Positions 49,033 through 58,544 are shown, numbered from the stretch's first letter. The stretch: DNA of 64,000 bases from Fidelibacterota bacterium (GCA_030603165.1 JAUVYH010000001.1:4837-68836), one strand, 5' to 3'. Numbers and translations are program-made. Notes: generated from the sequence alone by a model not told the origin.

Positions 49033-50397
49033 ATGATTGATCGAACGATTCTAAAAGATTTGCGTAAGTGGGCAATTTCAAATCCCCGGAAACCGCTGAT
49101 TTTGCGAGGCGCCCGTCAAGTTGGTAAAACAACTGTGGTTGATATATTTTCAAAGGAATTTGATCAATATATCTATTTAAATCTGGAAAAGGATTTTGAT
49201 ACAGAGTTTTTTAAAAGAAAACTCCCGGCAAGAGAGGTTCTTCAGGCAATTGCGATTGACAAAGGGGTAAATATCACAGCAGGTCGGACACTTATCTTTC
49301 TGGATGAAATCCAAAATTCGGCTGAAGCAGTGACAATGCTGCGTTATTTTTTTGAAGATACTCCGGAATATTTTTTCATTGCCGCCGGTAGTTTGTTAGA
49401 AATAATGCTGGAAAATAAAAAGATAAGTTTTCCGGTAGGCAGAGTAACATACTTGTATATGTATCCGTTAACATTTAATGAATTTACAAAGGCAGTTGGG
49501 GAAAAACAGGCTCTGAAATATCTATTTCAGATACCCTGTCCGGAATTTGCGAATTTCAAATTATATAAACTGTTTCATCTCTATACATTAGTTGGTGGAA
49601 TGCCGGAAGTTGTGAGTAAATATATCGAGACACAGGATATCGTATCGTTAGGGTCGGTCTATAAAGATTTGATAACCGCTTACATCAATGATGCCGGTAA
49701 ATATGCTCGTACGAAGCAATTTGCGCATATATTGCGTTATGCAATTGAATCAGTTCCTTTTGAAGCCGGTCGTCGAATCAAATTCGAGGGATTTCATCAG
49801 TCAAATTATCGATACCGGGAAATGGCGGAGTCAATGCGGAGCCTCGAACGGGCGATGTTGATCCGGATTATATATCCCACAACATCTGTTAAACCGCCAT
49901 TAATACCCGATTATCGAAAATCACCGCGTTTACAATATCTGGATACGGGGTTATTGAATTTTCAGGTCCAATTGCAGAAATATTTTTACCAGTATAATGA
50001 TCTACATGCCTTCTATCAGGGAATTCTCGCGGAACACATTGCTTATCAAGAGATTATCGGTACAGATAATAGTGCAGATTCAAAACCGGCTTTTTGGGTG
50101 AGGGAAAAGCGCCAGTCCAATGCGGAAGTGGATTATTTGCTTCAATATAAAAATTTACTGATCCCGGTTGAAATTAAAGCCGGGAAAAGCGGAACACTTC
50201 GGTCGCTGCATCAATTCGTCGACGCTGCCGACCACAATTATGCTATTCGTCTTTACGCCGGGTCATTGAAAATTGAAAAGACAAAGACTTTATCCGGAAA
50301 ATCTTTTATACTATTAAATTTACCATATTTTTTAGCAGGTCAGTTAAACAATTACGCTGATTGGTTTGTCAAACAAAATAACAAAAAAGAAAGTTGA
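49033..50397 (+). CDS. AAA-family ATPase with DUF4143 C-terminal domain (AAA_14/DUF4143 'orphan ATPase')
   Basis: Walker A 'LRGARQVGKTT', Walker B 'LIFLDEIQ'; 454 aa; stop overlaps the TTG/ATG start region of the next gene. Confidence 0.75.
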   Translation: MIDRTILKDLRKWAISNPRKPLILRGARQVGKTTVVDIFSKEFDQYIYLNLEKDFDTEFFKRKLPAREVLQAIAIDKGVNITAGRTLIFLDEIQNSAEAVTMLRYFFEDTPEYFFIAAGSLLEIMLENKKISFPVGRVTYLYMYPLTFNEFTKAVGEKQALKYLFQIPCPEFANFKLYKLFHLYTLVGGMPEVVSKYIETQDIVSLGSVYKDLITAYINDAGKYARTKQFAHILRYAIESVPFEAGRRIKFEGFHQSNYRYREMAESMRSLERAMLIRIIYPTTSVKPPLIPDYRKSPRLQYLDTGLLNFQVQLQKYFYQYNDLHAFYQGILAEHIAYQEIIGTDNSADSKPAFWVREKRQSNAEVDYLLQYKNLLIPVEIKAGKSGTLRSLHQFVDAADHNYAIRLYAGSLKIEKTKTLSGKSFILLNLPYFLAGQLNNYADWFVKQNNKKES

Positions 50398-50408
50398 TTT
50401 TTAGTCAA

Positions 50409-51587
50409 ATGATCGAATTTACCTACCAATGTTCCGAATGTGGTCTTGAATACAATATCACAGCGGATATAATGGTCTGTCCGGTATGCAGCAAACTGCA
50501 GGAACCGGATAAACCGCTGCGAGGTATTCTGGAAGTTATTTTTGACGGTCACTTTCATCATCAACCCAAGACGTCCGATCTGCTGCCGGTTGAGGCAGAA
50601 TACTTTCCAAAAATTCCCGTCGGCAGGACACCGCTTTGGATACCGGCAAATATTGCCGACGAACTGGGTTTTCCGAATCTCTATATCAAGGATGATACTC
50701 ACAATTTGACCGGCTCTTTAAAAGACCGCGCTTCCTATCTTGTGGCAGCTTTTGCGAAAAGAGAAGGAATCAGGGAAATTGTCGTGGCGTCCACCGGAAA
50801 TGCCGCTTCCTCTATGGCGGGGGTTGGCGCTGCCGCGGGATTAAATATTACGATTTTCTTACCTGAATCCGCGCCCAGGGCTAAAATGGTTCAGTCGCTG
50901 CAATACGGCGCTAATGTGATTTTGGTTGCCGGAAATTATGACAGGGCTTTTGATCTTTCCCTTGAATTTTCGAGAAAATCAAAAAATGTTCTCAGCCGCA
51001 ACACCGCTTACAATCCCTTGACAATTGAAGGGAAAAAGACCGTTTCCCTGGAAATCTATCAAACCTTGAAACGGTCGCCGGATTTTGTTTTTGTTCCTAC
51101 CGGAGACGGCGTCATCCTTGGCGGCGTTTATAAAGGGTTCCGGGATTTTCAAAAGCTGGGATTTCTCGATAAAATTCCAACGATTGTAGCAGTACAAGCC
51201 GAAGGCAGCAACGCTATTGCAAAAGCGTTTAAAAAAGGTGACTTTACCGAAATCGACGCGCATACGGTTGCCGATTCGATTTCTGTGGGCATTCCCCGCA
51301 ACGGCTATTACGCTTTGAAGCAACTCAAACAATATAATGGTAAATGTGTGACGGTTTCGGACGAAGAAATACTTATTGCCCAAAAAGAATTGTCCTCAAA
51401 AGCCGGACTGTTCACCGAACCGGCGGCGGCGGCGTCCTACGCAGGATTTCTGAATATGAAGGCTAAAATCCCCAATGACGCTACAATCATACTGCTGGCT
51501 ACGGGCAACGGCTTGAAGGATATTGATTCTGCTATAAAAAGCGTTGAATTTCCTAAAAAAGCCATCTCCTCTCTGGAGGAGCTGTGA
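50409..51587 (+). CDS. Threonine synthase family (archaeal/short type, fold-type II PLP) with N-terminal Cys4 zinc ribbon
   Basis: 'YQCSECGLEYNITADIMVCPVCSKL...GILEVIFD' zinc ribbon as in archaeal-type ThrC; 'NLTGSLKDRAS' (PLP-Lys), 'ASTGNAASS', 'NPLTIEGKKT'. The ORF track start 50394 is TTG; ATG 50409 is supported by the duplicate copy. Confidence 0.7.
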   Translation: MIEFTYQCSECGLEYNITADIMVCPVCSKLQEPDKPLRGILEVIFDGHFHHQPKTSDLLPVEAEYFPKIPVGRTPLWIPANIADELGFPNLYIKDDTHNLTGSLKDRASYLVAAFAKREGIREIVVASTGNAASSMAGVGAAAGLNITIFLPESAPRAKMVQSLQYGANVILVAGNYDRAFDLSLEFSRKSKNVLSRNTAYNPLTIEGKKTVSLEIYQTLKRSPDFVFVPTGDGVILGGVYKGFRDFQKLGFLDKIPTIVAVQAEGSNAIAKAFKKGDFTEIDAHTVADSISVGIPRNGYYALKQLKQYNGKCVTVSDEEILIAQKELSSKAGLFTEPAAAASYAGFLNMKAKIPNDATIILLATGNGLKDIDSAIKSVEFPKKAISSLEEL

Positions 51588-52165
51588 GCGGAACGGAAGG
51601 CGTTATTCTTGCGGCGGGATTTTCCGAACGAGCCGGGCAATTCAAAATGACATTGCCGATAGGCGATAAGACGATACTTGAAAAGTGTATAGAAGGAATG
51701 ACCTCAGTTTGTGACCGCATAATAGTGGTTGGCGGTTACAATTACGATAAAATCAAAAAAATTGTCGCTGATATTCCAAACGTTGAATTCTGCTATAATA
51801 AAAACTACGAAGCGGGAATGTTCACGTCTGTAAAAAGGGGAATCCGTGAGATAAAGGCAGAGCGCTTTTTCATCATTCCGGGCGATCAGCCGCTGGTAAA
51901 ACCGGAAACCTATCGAAAACTTTTGAGCATTGACGCCGATATCGTCATCCCCCGCTTCAATGGCAAAAAGGGTCACCCGGTCTTATTCGCCAGCCATCAC
52001 ATTCCGGAAATCCTGGCGATGCCGGATACAGCGATTTTACGGGATTTTATTCATAGTAAAGAAGCAACAATAGTGGATGTCGATGATCCGGGCGTCGGTC
52101 TGGATGTGGACAGTCCTGAAGATTATGAAAAAATCAAAGTTTATTTTCAAGAGGAAATGCTGTGA
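51584..52165 (+). CDS. mocA: MobA-like NTP transferase, probable molybdenum cofactor cytidylyltransferase
   Basis: 'GVILAAGFSERAG' and 'IIPGDQPLV' MobA/MocA motifs; 193 aa; GTG start overlapping the upstream stop. Confidence 0.7.
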   Translation: MSGTEGVILAAGFSERAGQFKMTLPIGDKTILEKCIEGMTSVCDRIIVVGGYNYDKIKKIVADIPNVEFCYNKNYEAGMFTSVKRGIREIKAERFFIIPGDQPLVKPETYRKLLSIDADIVIPRFNGKKGHPVLFASHHIPEILAMPDTAILRDFIHSKEATIVDVDDPGVGLDVDSPEDYEKIKVYFQEEML

Positions 52166-54261
52166 AAGATTCTATCAGCAAACCCATTACCCGTGTCGAT
52201 GCGCCGGCTAAAATAAGCGGCGCTGCGAAATATATCGGCGATATACATTTTGAAAACCAGCTATTTGCAAAAACGGTAAGAAGCGACAAACCCAAGGCTA
52301 AAATAGTATCAATAAAAACACCGTCACTCCCCGATGGCTATTATATCATCGATAAAAATGACATTCCCGGCATAAACCGGATGCGCACGGTGGTTTCGGA
52401 CCATCCCATTTTTGCCGATGACGAAGTTAATTATATCGGGCAGCCGATTCTGTTGGTTGTCGGTCCCGAGCGGGAAAAGATTTATGAGATTGTTTCCCAA
52501 ATAAAAATCGAATACAAAGACGAATCAGCGGTTTTCAGCATCGAGGAAGCGGAAGAAAAGGGAACCGTTTTTACAGAATACAGTTATTCCAAGGGTGAAC
52601 CGGAAGCAGCATTTCACGATGCGGTAAAGATTATCGAAGACGAATACCATACCGGGTTGCAGGAGCATGTCTATCTGGAACCCCAGGGAATTACCGGCGA
52701 GTATAAAGACGAAACGATGTTTATTTACGGCTCCATGCAATGTCCGTTTTACGTGAAAGGCGCCATTCAGGACGTTCTTGGATGGGATTCAGACCGTATC
52801 CGCATTATTCAATCAATCACCGGCGGCGCATTCGGCGGCAAGGAGGAATTTCCATCATTAATGGCTTGCCAGGTAGCAGTGGCTTCGTTAAAAACGAAAC
52901 GTCCCGTTCAAATGATCTACGACCGGGATGAAGATATTATCTGCTCAACCAAACGCCACCCGTCAATTGTTCATTATAAAGCAGGTCTTGGTAAAAGCAA
53001 CCAAGTTATTGTCCTGAACATTGATATAATATTCGACGCCGGCGCCTATTCGGAATTATCTCCGGTGGTGCTTCAACGAGGAATGTTTTCGGCAACCGGG
53101 GTGTATAATTTTCCCCATCTCAGCGTGCGGGGCAGAAATTTCATGACCAATAACGTGCCTTCAGGCGCTTACCGGGGATTCGGCGCACCCCAGACCATTT
53201 TCGGCACGGAAATGCTCATGCACAATATCGCTGTAAAATTGGGCGTCGATCCATTGAAATATAAAATTAATCATTTGATAAAACGAGGCGATCCGACCTG
53301 TACCGGCGGAAAGATTCGGGATGAAGTGAAACTCCTGGAAATCATAGAAAAGGTTGAGAAAATGTCCGGGTACCGCCGAAAAATTGAACGGCGCAAAAAA
53401 TTCAAAGGTATCGGCGTATCGCTGTTCCTCCACGGCTGCGGCTTCACCGGGAAGGGCGAAGCGACCATTAAGGGAAAAATTATCCTTAAGAAAAACGGTG
53501 ATACTGTGATCCTGAAAGTGTCCAGTGTGGAAATGGGTCAGGGTGCTGAAACCTGTCTCAGAAAGATCGTCGCTCATACGCTTTCACTGCCGATGGAAAA
53601 GGTTATCTGCGAAACCATTGACACCGGGTTGATTCCCGATTCCGGTCCCACCGTCGCTTCCCGAACGACCATGATCGTCGGTGGATTGCTACGCCAAGCC
53701 AGCCTGGAGTTGAAAGATTGTTGGAACGAGGCGAATGAAATCGAAATCTCTAAGACCTATAAACATCCTGATTTTCTTAGTTGGGATGATGATAAATTCG
53801 TAGGCGACGCCTACCCAACTTACTCGTGGGGCGCCAATGTGGCGGAAGTGGAAATCGATTCGCTCACCTATGAAATCAATGTAAAAAAGATATCAGCGGT
53901 GTATGATGTAGGCGTTCCAATCGATGAAAAAATGCTCAGGGGGCAGATGCAGGGCGGCATTGTCCAGAGCATCGGCTGGGCGACCATTGAGGTAATGAAT
54001 TCATCAAAGGGCAAACTGGCGCAGCACAACCTGACGGATTACAAAATCCCCACATCCATGGACGTACCGGAAATTGCGTGTAAATTTATCGAAAACCCCT
54101 ATGAATTCGGTCCTTTCGGAGCTAAATGCGCCGGTGAATTACCTTCTGCGGGTGCGCCACCGGCAGTAGCCGCAGCCGTCTCCAATGCGTTAGGTATTCC
54201 AATTAAATCAATACCGCTGACGCCTGAATATCTCATGGAGATAGATAAACATGAAGATTGA
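52162..54261 (+). CDS. Molybdenum hydroxylase large subunit, second paralog (XdhD-like)
   Basis: 699 aa; 'TGGAFGGKEE' Mo-site motif, 'FGAKCAGELPSAGAPPAVAAAVSNAL' C-terminal motif; GTG start overlapping the mocA stop. Confidence 0.85.
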   Translation: MKDSISKPITRVDAPAKISGAAKYIGDIHFENQLFAKTVRSDKPKAKIVSIKTPSLPDGYYIIDKNDIPGINRMRTVVSDHPIFADDEVNYIGQPILLVVGPEREKIYEIVSQIKIEYKDESAVFSIEEAEEKGTVFTEYSYSKGEPEAAFHDAVKIIEDEYHTGLQEHVYLEPQGITGEYKDETMFIYGSMQCPFYVKGAIQDVLGWDSDRIRIIQSITGGAFGGKEEFPSLMACQVAVASLKTKRPVQMIYDRDEDIICSTKRHPSIVHYKAGLGKSNQVIVLNIDIIFDAGAYSELSPVVLQRGMFSATGVYNFPHLSVRGRNFMTNNVPSGAYRGFGAPQTIFGTEMLMHNIAVKLGVDPLKYKINHLIKRGDPTCTGGKIRDEVKLLEIIEKVEKMSGYRRKIERRKKFKGIGVSLFLHGCGFTGKGEATIKGKIILKKNGDTVILKVSSVEMGQGAETCLRKIVAHTLSLPMEKVICETIDTGLIPDSGPTVASRTTMIVGGLLRQASLELKDCWNEANEIEISKTYKHPDFLSWDDDKFVGDAYPTYSWGANVAEVEIDSLTYEINVKKISAVYDVGVPIDEKMLRGQMQGGIVQSIGWATIEVMNSSKGKLAQHNLTDYKIPTSMDVPEIACKFIENPYEFGPFGAKCAGELPSAGAPPAVAAAVSNALGIPIKSIPLTPEYLMEIDKHED

Positions 54262-54721
54262 GTTTATATTGAATGATAAAAAGCGGGTAATTCAGGTTGA
54301 TCCGGCGAGTCGCTTACTGGATATTCTGCGGGACGATTTTGAATTGACCAGCGTTAAAGAGGGCTGCGGCGAGGGCGAATGCGGCGCCTGTGTCGTTCTG
54401 ATGGACGGTAAAGCGGTGAATTCCTGCCTGATTCCCGCCGGTCTAATTGAAGGTCGTCATATTGTGACGATGGAAGGTTTTCGAAAGACGGAAAGATATA
54501 AAGTCATTGAAGAATCTTTTCTAAAAGCCGGCTCCGTGCAATGCGGATTCTGCACGCCGGGAATCGTGATGTCAACGGAATCGCTTTTACGGGAGAATCC
54601 CCTGCCTAGTGAAGAGGAAATTAAAGAGGCGCTTTCCGGAAATCTATGCCGTTGCACCGGCTACAATATGATTTTCGAGGGAATCAAATTAGCTGCCGAG
54701 AGAGGAAAAGGCTTATGGTAG
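54251..54721 (+). CDS. Molybdenum hydroxylase [2Fe-2S] subunit, second paralog
   Basis: 'GCGEGECGACVVLMDGKAVNSC', 'QCGFCTPGIV..LCRCTGY'; 156 aa. Confidence 0.88.
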   Translation: MKIEFILNDKKRVIQVDPASRLLDILRDDFELTSVKEGCGEGECGACVVLMDGKAVNSCLIPAGLIEGRHIVTMEGFRKTERYKVIEESFLKAGSVQCGFCTPGIVMSTESLLRENPLPSEEEIKEALSGNLCRCTGYNMIFEGIKLAAERGKGLW

Positions 54722-55557
54722 AGGGATTCAGACCAGCAGATCTTCAAGAGGCGCTGGAATTCATGGCAAAACATCCATCTATTCCCATAGCCGGCGGAAC
54801 GGACCTGATGATCCAAAAAGCCCGGGGGTTCGGACTGAAACCGGATTTTAATAAACCGCTGCTGTTCATCGGTCATTTGCGGGAACTCCGGCAGATTTCT
54901 GTCAGGAATGGAAACATCCACATCGGCGCCAGCGTGCTTTTAAATGAATTAATCAAAAATGATAAAATTCCCGAAGCTTTAAAAATGGCGGTTCGCCAAA
55001 TGGCTTCCCCGCCCTCCAGAAATCTGGCAACTATTGGCGGCAATATTTGCAATGCTTCGCCCGCCGGTGATACGCTGCCTTATTTATATGCGGCGGATGC
55101 GTTTTTGGTCCTGAAAAGTAGCCAAGCCGAACGAAAAATTCCAGTGGGGAAATTTATCACCGGTCCGGGAAAAACAACTTTGAAATCGGACGAACTGTTG
55201 ACCGAGATTATCATCCCCGACAAAGTGTTCAGTGCTAATTATTATAAAAAAGTGGGCACGCGCAAAGGCATGAGCCTTTCCAAAGCTTCGTTCACCGGAT
55301 TGGCTGATATTGAAAGTGAAAAAATTACCGACATCAGAATTGCATTTGGATCGGTAGCGCCGACGATTGTCCGGTCGCGGGAAATCGAAGCGAGTATCAT
55401 CGGAAAACCGGTTTCGGAGATCAAAAATGCTGTTCCGGAAATAGTGAAAAAGTTTGCGCCGCTGATCCGACCGATTGACGATGCGCGATCTTCGGCAGAG
55501 TATCGCAAGCAGGTCAGTTTGCGGCTGTTGGAGAATTTTCTAATGAAATTGACTTAG
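54715..55557 (+). CDS. ygfM: Molybdenum hydroxylase FAD-binding subunit, second paralog (YgfM-like)
   Basis: ATG 54715 overlaps the FeS stop (ATGGTAG). 'IPIAGGTDLMI', 'TIGGNICNASPAGD'; 280 aa from this start. The ORF track's upstream extension (54646) lacks homology. Confidence 0.8.
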   Translation: MVEGFRPADLQEALEFMAKHPSIPIAGGTDLMIQKARGFGLKPDFNKPLLFIGHLRELRQISVRNGNIHIGASVLLNELIKNDKIPEALKMAVRQMASPPSRNLATIGGNICNASPAGDTLPYLYAADAFLVLKSSQAERKIPVGKFITGPGKTTLKSDELLTEIIIPDKVFSANYYKKVGTRKGMSLSKASFTGLADIESEKITDIRIAFGSVAPTIVRSREIEASIIGKPVSEIKNAVPEIVKKFAPLIRPIDDARSSAEYRKQVSLRLLENFLMKLT

Positions 55558-55585
55558 AAATAGAGAATAACTAAGGAGAAATAAA

Positions 55586-56212
55586 ATGGACGATAGTAAA
55601 AAGTTATTACGAATTGTGCTATTTTACGGCGGTTTGTGGGGAATTACAGAAGCCACGTTAGGTTACCTGCTGCATTTTCTGCCTAACGGTTTTTCCGGTA
55701 TGTTCATGTTCCCGATCGGGTTTTATTTTATGTTCAACGCGTTTAAAATGACCGGCAGCCAACGCACAATATTTTATACGGCACTCATCGCCGCGGCAAT
55801 AAAACTCACCGACCTGTTTGTTCCTTTAAGAACGCCTATGACCGCTATTAATCCTGCGATATCCATCATTCTCGAATCCCTGGTCGTCTTCGCTTTTGTG
55901 AAGGTTTATAAAGAGAACAGACACTATGCCGGCGCGGCGGTAATCAGCCTGAGCTGGATGGTGATTTTGGTGTTGGCGCAGCAGTTCATTTTTAAACCTG
56001 TCGAAGGGTTGTACCTGATGCCGCTACCCAGGCTGGCCGGTTTCCTGGTTTTATCTACTGCTGTCAGCGGATTGATCATCGGAACGTATTTAAAGAAACC
56101 CGCCGTTTTGGCTTTGCAATTCAATTTCCGGAAACTGTCATATTTGCAGCCGGTGGCTGTTGTATTAATTGCTATTATATGTGAGATTGGGAATTCGCTG
56201 ATCGCTATATAG
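55586..56212 (+). CDS. Small polytopic membrane protein (5-6 TM; possibly ECF-transporter S-component-like)
   Basis: 208 aa, hydrophobic segments throughout; sits between the xdh set and the TA/xdhC genes. Confidence 0.4.
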   Translation: MDDSKKLLRIVLFYGGLWGITEATLGYLLHFLPNGFSGMFMFPIGFYFMFNAFKMTGSQRTIFYTALIAAAIKLTDLFVPLRTPMTAINPAISIILESLVVFAFVKVYKENRHYAGAAVISLSWMVILVLAQQFIFKPVEGLYLMPLPRLAGFLVLSTAVSGLIIGTYLKKPAVLALQFNFRKLSYLQPVAVVLIAIICEIGNSLIAI

Positions 56213-56245
56213 CCTAAATTACTCATCGCCACTAAGATACTACAA

Positions 56246-56342
56246 GGGTATAGGGATATAAGGTATAAGGTATAAGTTATAAGCGTTCGGGATATAGAGG
56301 TATTCCCTGTATTGCCCATATTTCCATATTTCCACTATTTCT
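56246..56342. repeat. Tandem GGTATAAGG / inverted GGAAATATGG octamer arrays (related to 31909..32026)
   Basis: 'gggtatagggatataaggtataaggtataagttataag' then 'cccatatttccatatttccactatttc'. The same two motif classes occur in opposite order and orientation at 31909..32026. Confidence 0.5.
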
Positions 56343-56503
56343 CTTGTTCCATTCACTAAGTCTTAATGTCTTTCCCCGAAGGGATTCGGAAGTGGCAAGA
56401 TTTATGAATTAAACAGGATAGAGAGTTCCATTTCCGGTTATAAGATTATTGCATGAGTCAATATCCTGATGTATATTCTTACTGGTAAGATAAAAGGTGC
56501 AAT

Positions 56504-56767
56504 ATGAAAACAATCTCAACAACTAAAATGTCATCTAAAGGACAGGTCGTTATTCCAGAGAAAATCCGCAAACAATTGGGGTTGAAGTCCGGGGTGCAAT
56601 TTGTCGTGTTAGGTAAAGACGATGTAGTTATTTTAAAAGCCATCGAATCGCCGTCCATTAGCGAATTTGATAAATTAATTCTTCGGGCAAGAGAACAAGC
56701 TGTGCAATATGGCTTAAAACAGACAGATATTGAGGAAGCAATTTCGGAAGTCAGGAACGCTCATTGA
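56504..56767 (+). CDS. AbrB/MazE/SpoVT-type antitoxin
   Basis: 'MSSKGQVVIPEKIRKQLGLKSGVQFVV' swapped-hairpin AbrB-type motif; 87 aa; TTGA overlap with the downstream toxin. Confidence 0.75.
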   Translation: MKTISTTKMSSKGQVVIPEKIRKQLGLKSGVQFVVLGKDDVVILKAIESPSISEFDKLILRAREQAVQYGLKQTDIEEAISEVRNAH

Positions 56768-57177
56768 AAATTGTTCTTGATACCAATGTGTTGATGTCCG
56801 GTATGTTTTTTAGCGGTCCGCCACATGAAATTTTAAAACTGTGGAGGGATGGACAAATTGAACTTTTAATATCAGATGCAATTTTCGAAGAATATCAGCG
56901 TGTTGGTTTGGTATTGGCAAAAAAATACCCTGGAATTGATATCAGTAGTTTTCTTAATTTGATCCAACGGAGAGCAATTTTGATCGATACACTGGTTGAA
57001 ATCTGTAATATTTGCGCCGATTCCGATGATGATAAATTCCTCGAATGCGCTGTTAATGCAAAGTGTAACATGATTGTCAGTGGCGATAAGCATTTGCTGG
57101 CAGTTTCCGGATTTCAGAGTATTCAGGTACTTAGTCCAAGAGAATTTACCACCCTTTTCCGGGAGGATTATCGATGA
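56764..57177 (+). CDS. PIN-domain toxin (VapC-like, PIN_3 type)
   Basis: 'IVLDTNVLMSGMFF' N-terminal acidic motif, 'ISDAIFEEYQRV', 'VSGDKHLL'; 137 aa; TTG start. Confidence 0.7.
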   Translation: MKIVLDTNVLMSGMFFSGPPHEILKLWRDGQIELLISDAIFEEYQRVGLVLAKKYPGIDISSFLNLIQRRAILIDTLVEICNICADSDDDKFLECAVNAKCNMIVSGDKHLLAVSGFQSIQVLSPREFTTLFREDYR

Positions 57178-57977
57178 AGAATATTTATAACGAAATTTTA
57201 GAACTCAGTCACGGAAAAGGCGCCGGCGTTCTGGTTACGGTCGTGCAAAAAACCGGTTCGGGACCGGCGGATTCCGGCGCCAGAATGCTGGTCTATCCCG
57301 ACGGATCGATTTTGGGAACAGTCGGCGGCGGCACGATTGAGAAACTGGCGATTGAAAAAGCGACGGCGATGTTTAAGACCCATGAAAACTGTCTCGAAGA
57401 GTTCACCATGAACGAATCCGCAAGCGATGGCACTCCGACAGGGATGCTTTGTGGTGGAACAGCAACGCTTTTTTTTGAATATTTCGCTCCGAAGAACCAC
57501 ATCTACATTTTTGGCGCCGGGCACGTGGGTAAGGCGCTGGTGTACCACTTGAGAAATCTGGATTATTTCGTGACGGTAGTTGACGACCGCAAGGAAGTTC
57601 TTGATAAAATATCCGGCGCCGACGAAAAAATATCAGGCAGTTTTGAAACAGCACTGGAGAATCATGATGTCGCTGTAAACGCCTACTTTGTTATCGCAAC
57701 GTATCAACATAAATACGATGGTTTGGTACTGAACCGCATTTACAAATCCGGCTGGAGTCCGAAATATGTCGGGATGGTTTCGTCACGGAGTAAGCAGAAA
57801 ATCCTGTTGGATAAACTCAAGGCTGAAGTTCCGGATGCGAACCTTGAAAATTGTTTTATTCCGGTCGGGCTGGATATCGGCGGCGGTTCACCGGATGAAA
57901 TCGCGCTGTCTGTCATCGCTGAAATCCAGGCGGTCAGGTATGGCAAAAGCGGCGGGTATTTGCGAGATAAAAATTAG
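57174..57977 (+). CDS. xdhC: XdhC/CoxI-family molybdenum hydroxylase maturation protein (YqeB-like)
   Basis: 'VLVTVVQKTGSGPADSGARMLVYPDGSILGTVGGGTIE' XdhC_CoxI N-domain; 'IYIFGAGHVGKAL' Rossmann domain; 267 aa. Confidence 0.8.
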   Translation: MKNIYNEILELSHGKGAGVLVTVVQKTGSGPADSGARMLVYPDGSILGTVGGGTIEKLAIEKATAMFKTHENCLEEFTMNESASDGTPTGMLCGGTATLFFEYFAPKNHIYIFGAGHVGKALVYHLRNLDYFVTVVDDRKEVLDKISGADEKISGSFETALENHDVAVNAYFVIATYQHKYDGLVLNRIYKSGWSPKYVGMVSSRSKQKILLDKLKAEVPDANLENCFIPVGLDIGGGSPDEIALSVIAEIQAVRYGKSGGYLRDKN

Positions 57978-57986
57978 AGCAGAATT

Positions 57987-58544
57987 TTGGTAAATATAAT
58001 TACGGGAAATGTCAACCAGGGTAAAACCCGCTATATGCGTTCGCTGTATGAAAAAATAGGCGGCGACGGATTTATCTGCGTTAAAGTTTTTGATAAGAAT
58101 AATTTTCAGGGGTATGATCTCGTCCGGTTAACAACTGGTGAAAGTACGCCTTTCGCGCGGAAGAACGATGCAATACCTGGTAATTGGGATGAAATGTATC
58201 GGGTTGGGATATTTTCTTTTTCCGGTCATGCTTTCACTATCGCCGATATAATCATTGCAGAAATTATTAAAGGTGGAACAGTACCGATATTTATTGACGA
58301 AATTGGCCCATTAGAAATAGTTAAACAAAAGGGGTTTTACGAACTACTTAAACGGGTTTTGAAATTAAAACAAGAAGTGTATATTTCGATCCGGAATGAA
58401 TTAGTCAACGAATTGATAAAAGATTTTAAGATAAATGAACCACGAATTATCCGTCAGCTGTCCGTCAGTAGCCGGATTCTCAAACCGGATGTCTTTGACA
58501 CACCAATTACACGAAGTAAAATTAAAAATGAAAATAAATTATAA
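57987..58544 (+). CDS. P-loop NTPase (THEP1/NTPase_1-like; possible YqeC-type accessory protein)
   Basis: N-terminal Walker A 'IITGNVNQGKT', 'FIDEIGPLEI' Walker B-like; 185 aa; TTG start directly after xdhC. Confidence 0.45.
   Translation: MVNIITGNVNQGKTRYMRSLYEKIGGDGFICVKVFDKNNFQGYDLVRLTTGESTPFARKNDAIPGNWDEMYRVGIFSFSGHAFTIADIIIAEIIKGGTVPIFIDEIGPLEIVKQKGFYELLKRVLKLKQEVYISIRNELVNELIKDFKINEPRIIRQLSVSSRILKPDVFDTPITRSKIKNENKL

Noticed and set aside
54646-54714. Upstream extension of the second FAD-subunit ORF into the FeS gene
   Set aside because: The extension overlaps the FeS coding frame and lacks homology; ATG 54715 overlapping the FeS stop is the conventional coupled start.
31900-56350. 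CRISPR array interpretation of the tandem GG-N-TAT repeats
   Set aside because: Repeat units are only ~8 nt with no unique spacers and no cas genes; not CRISPR.
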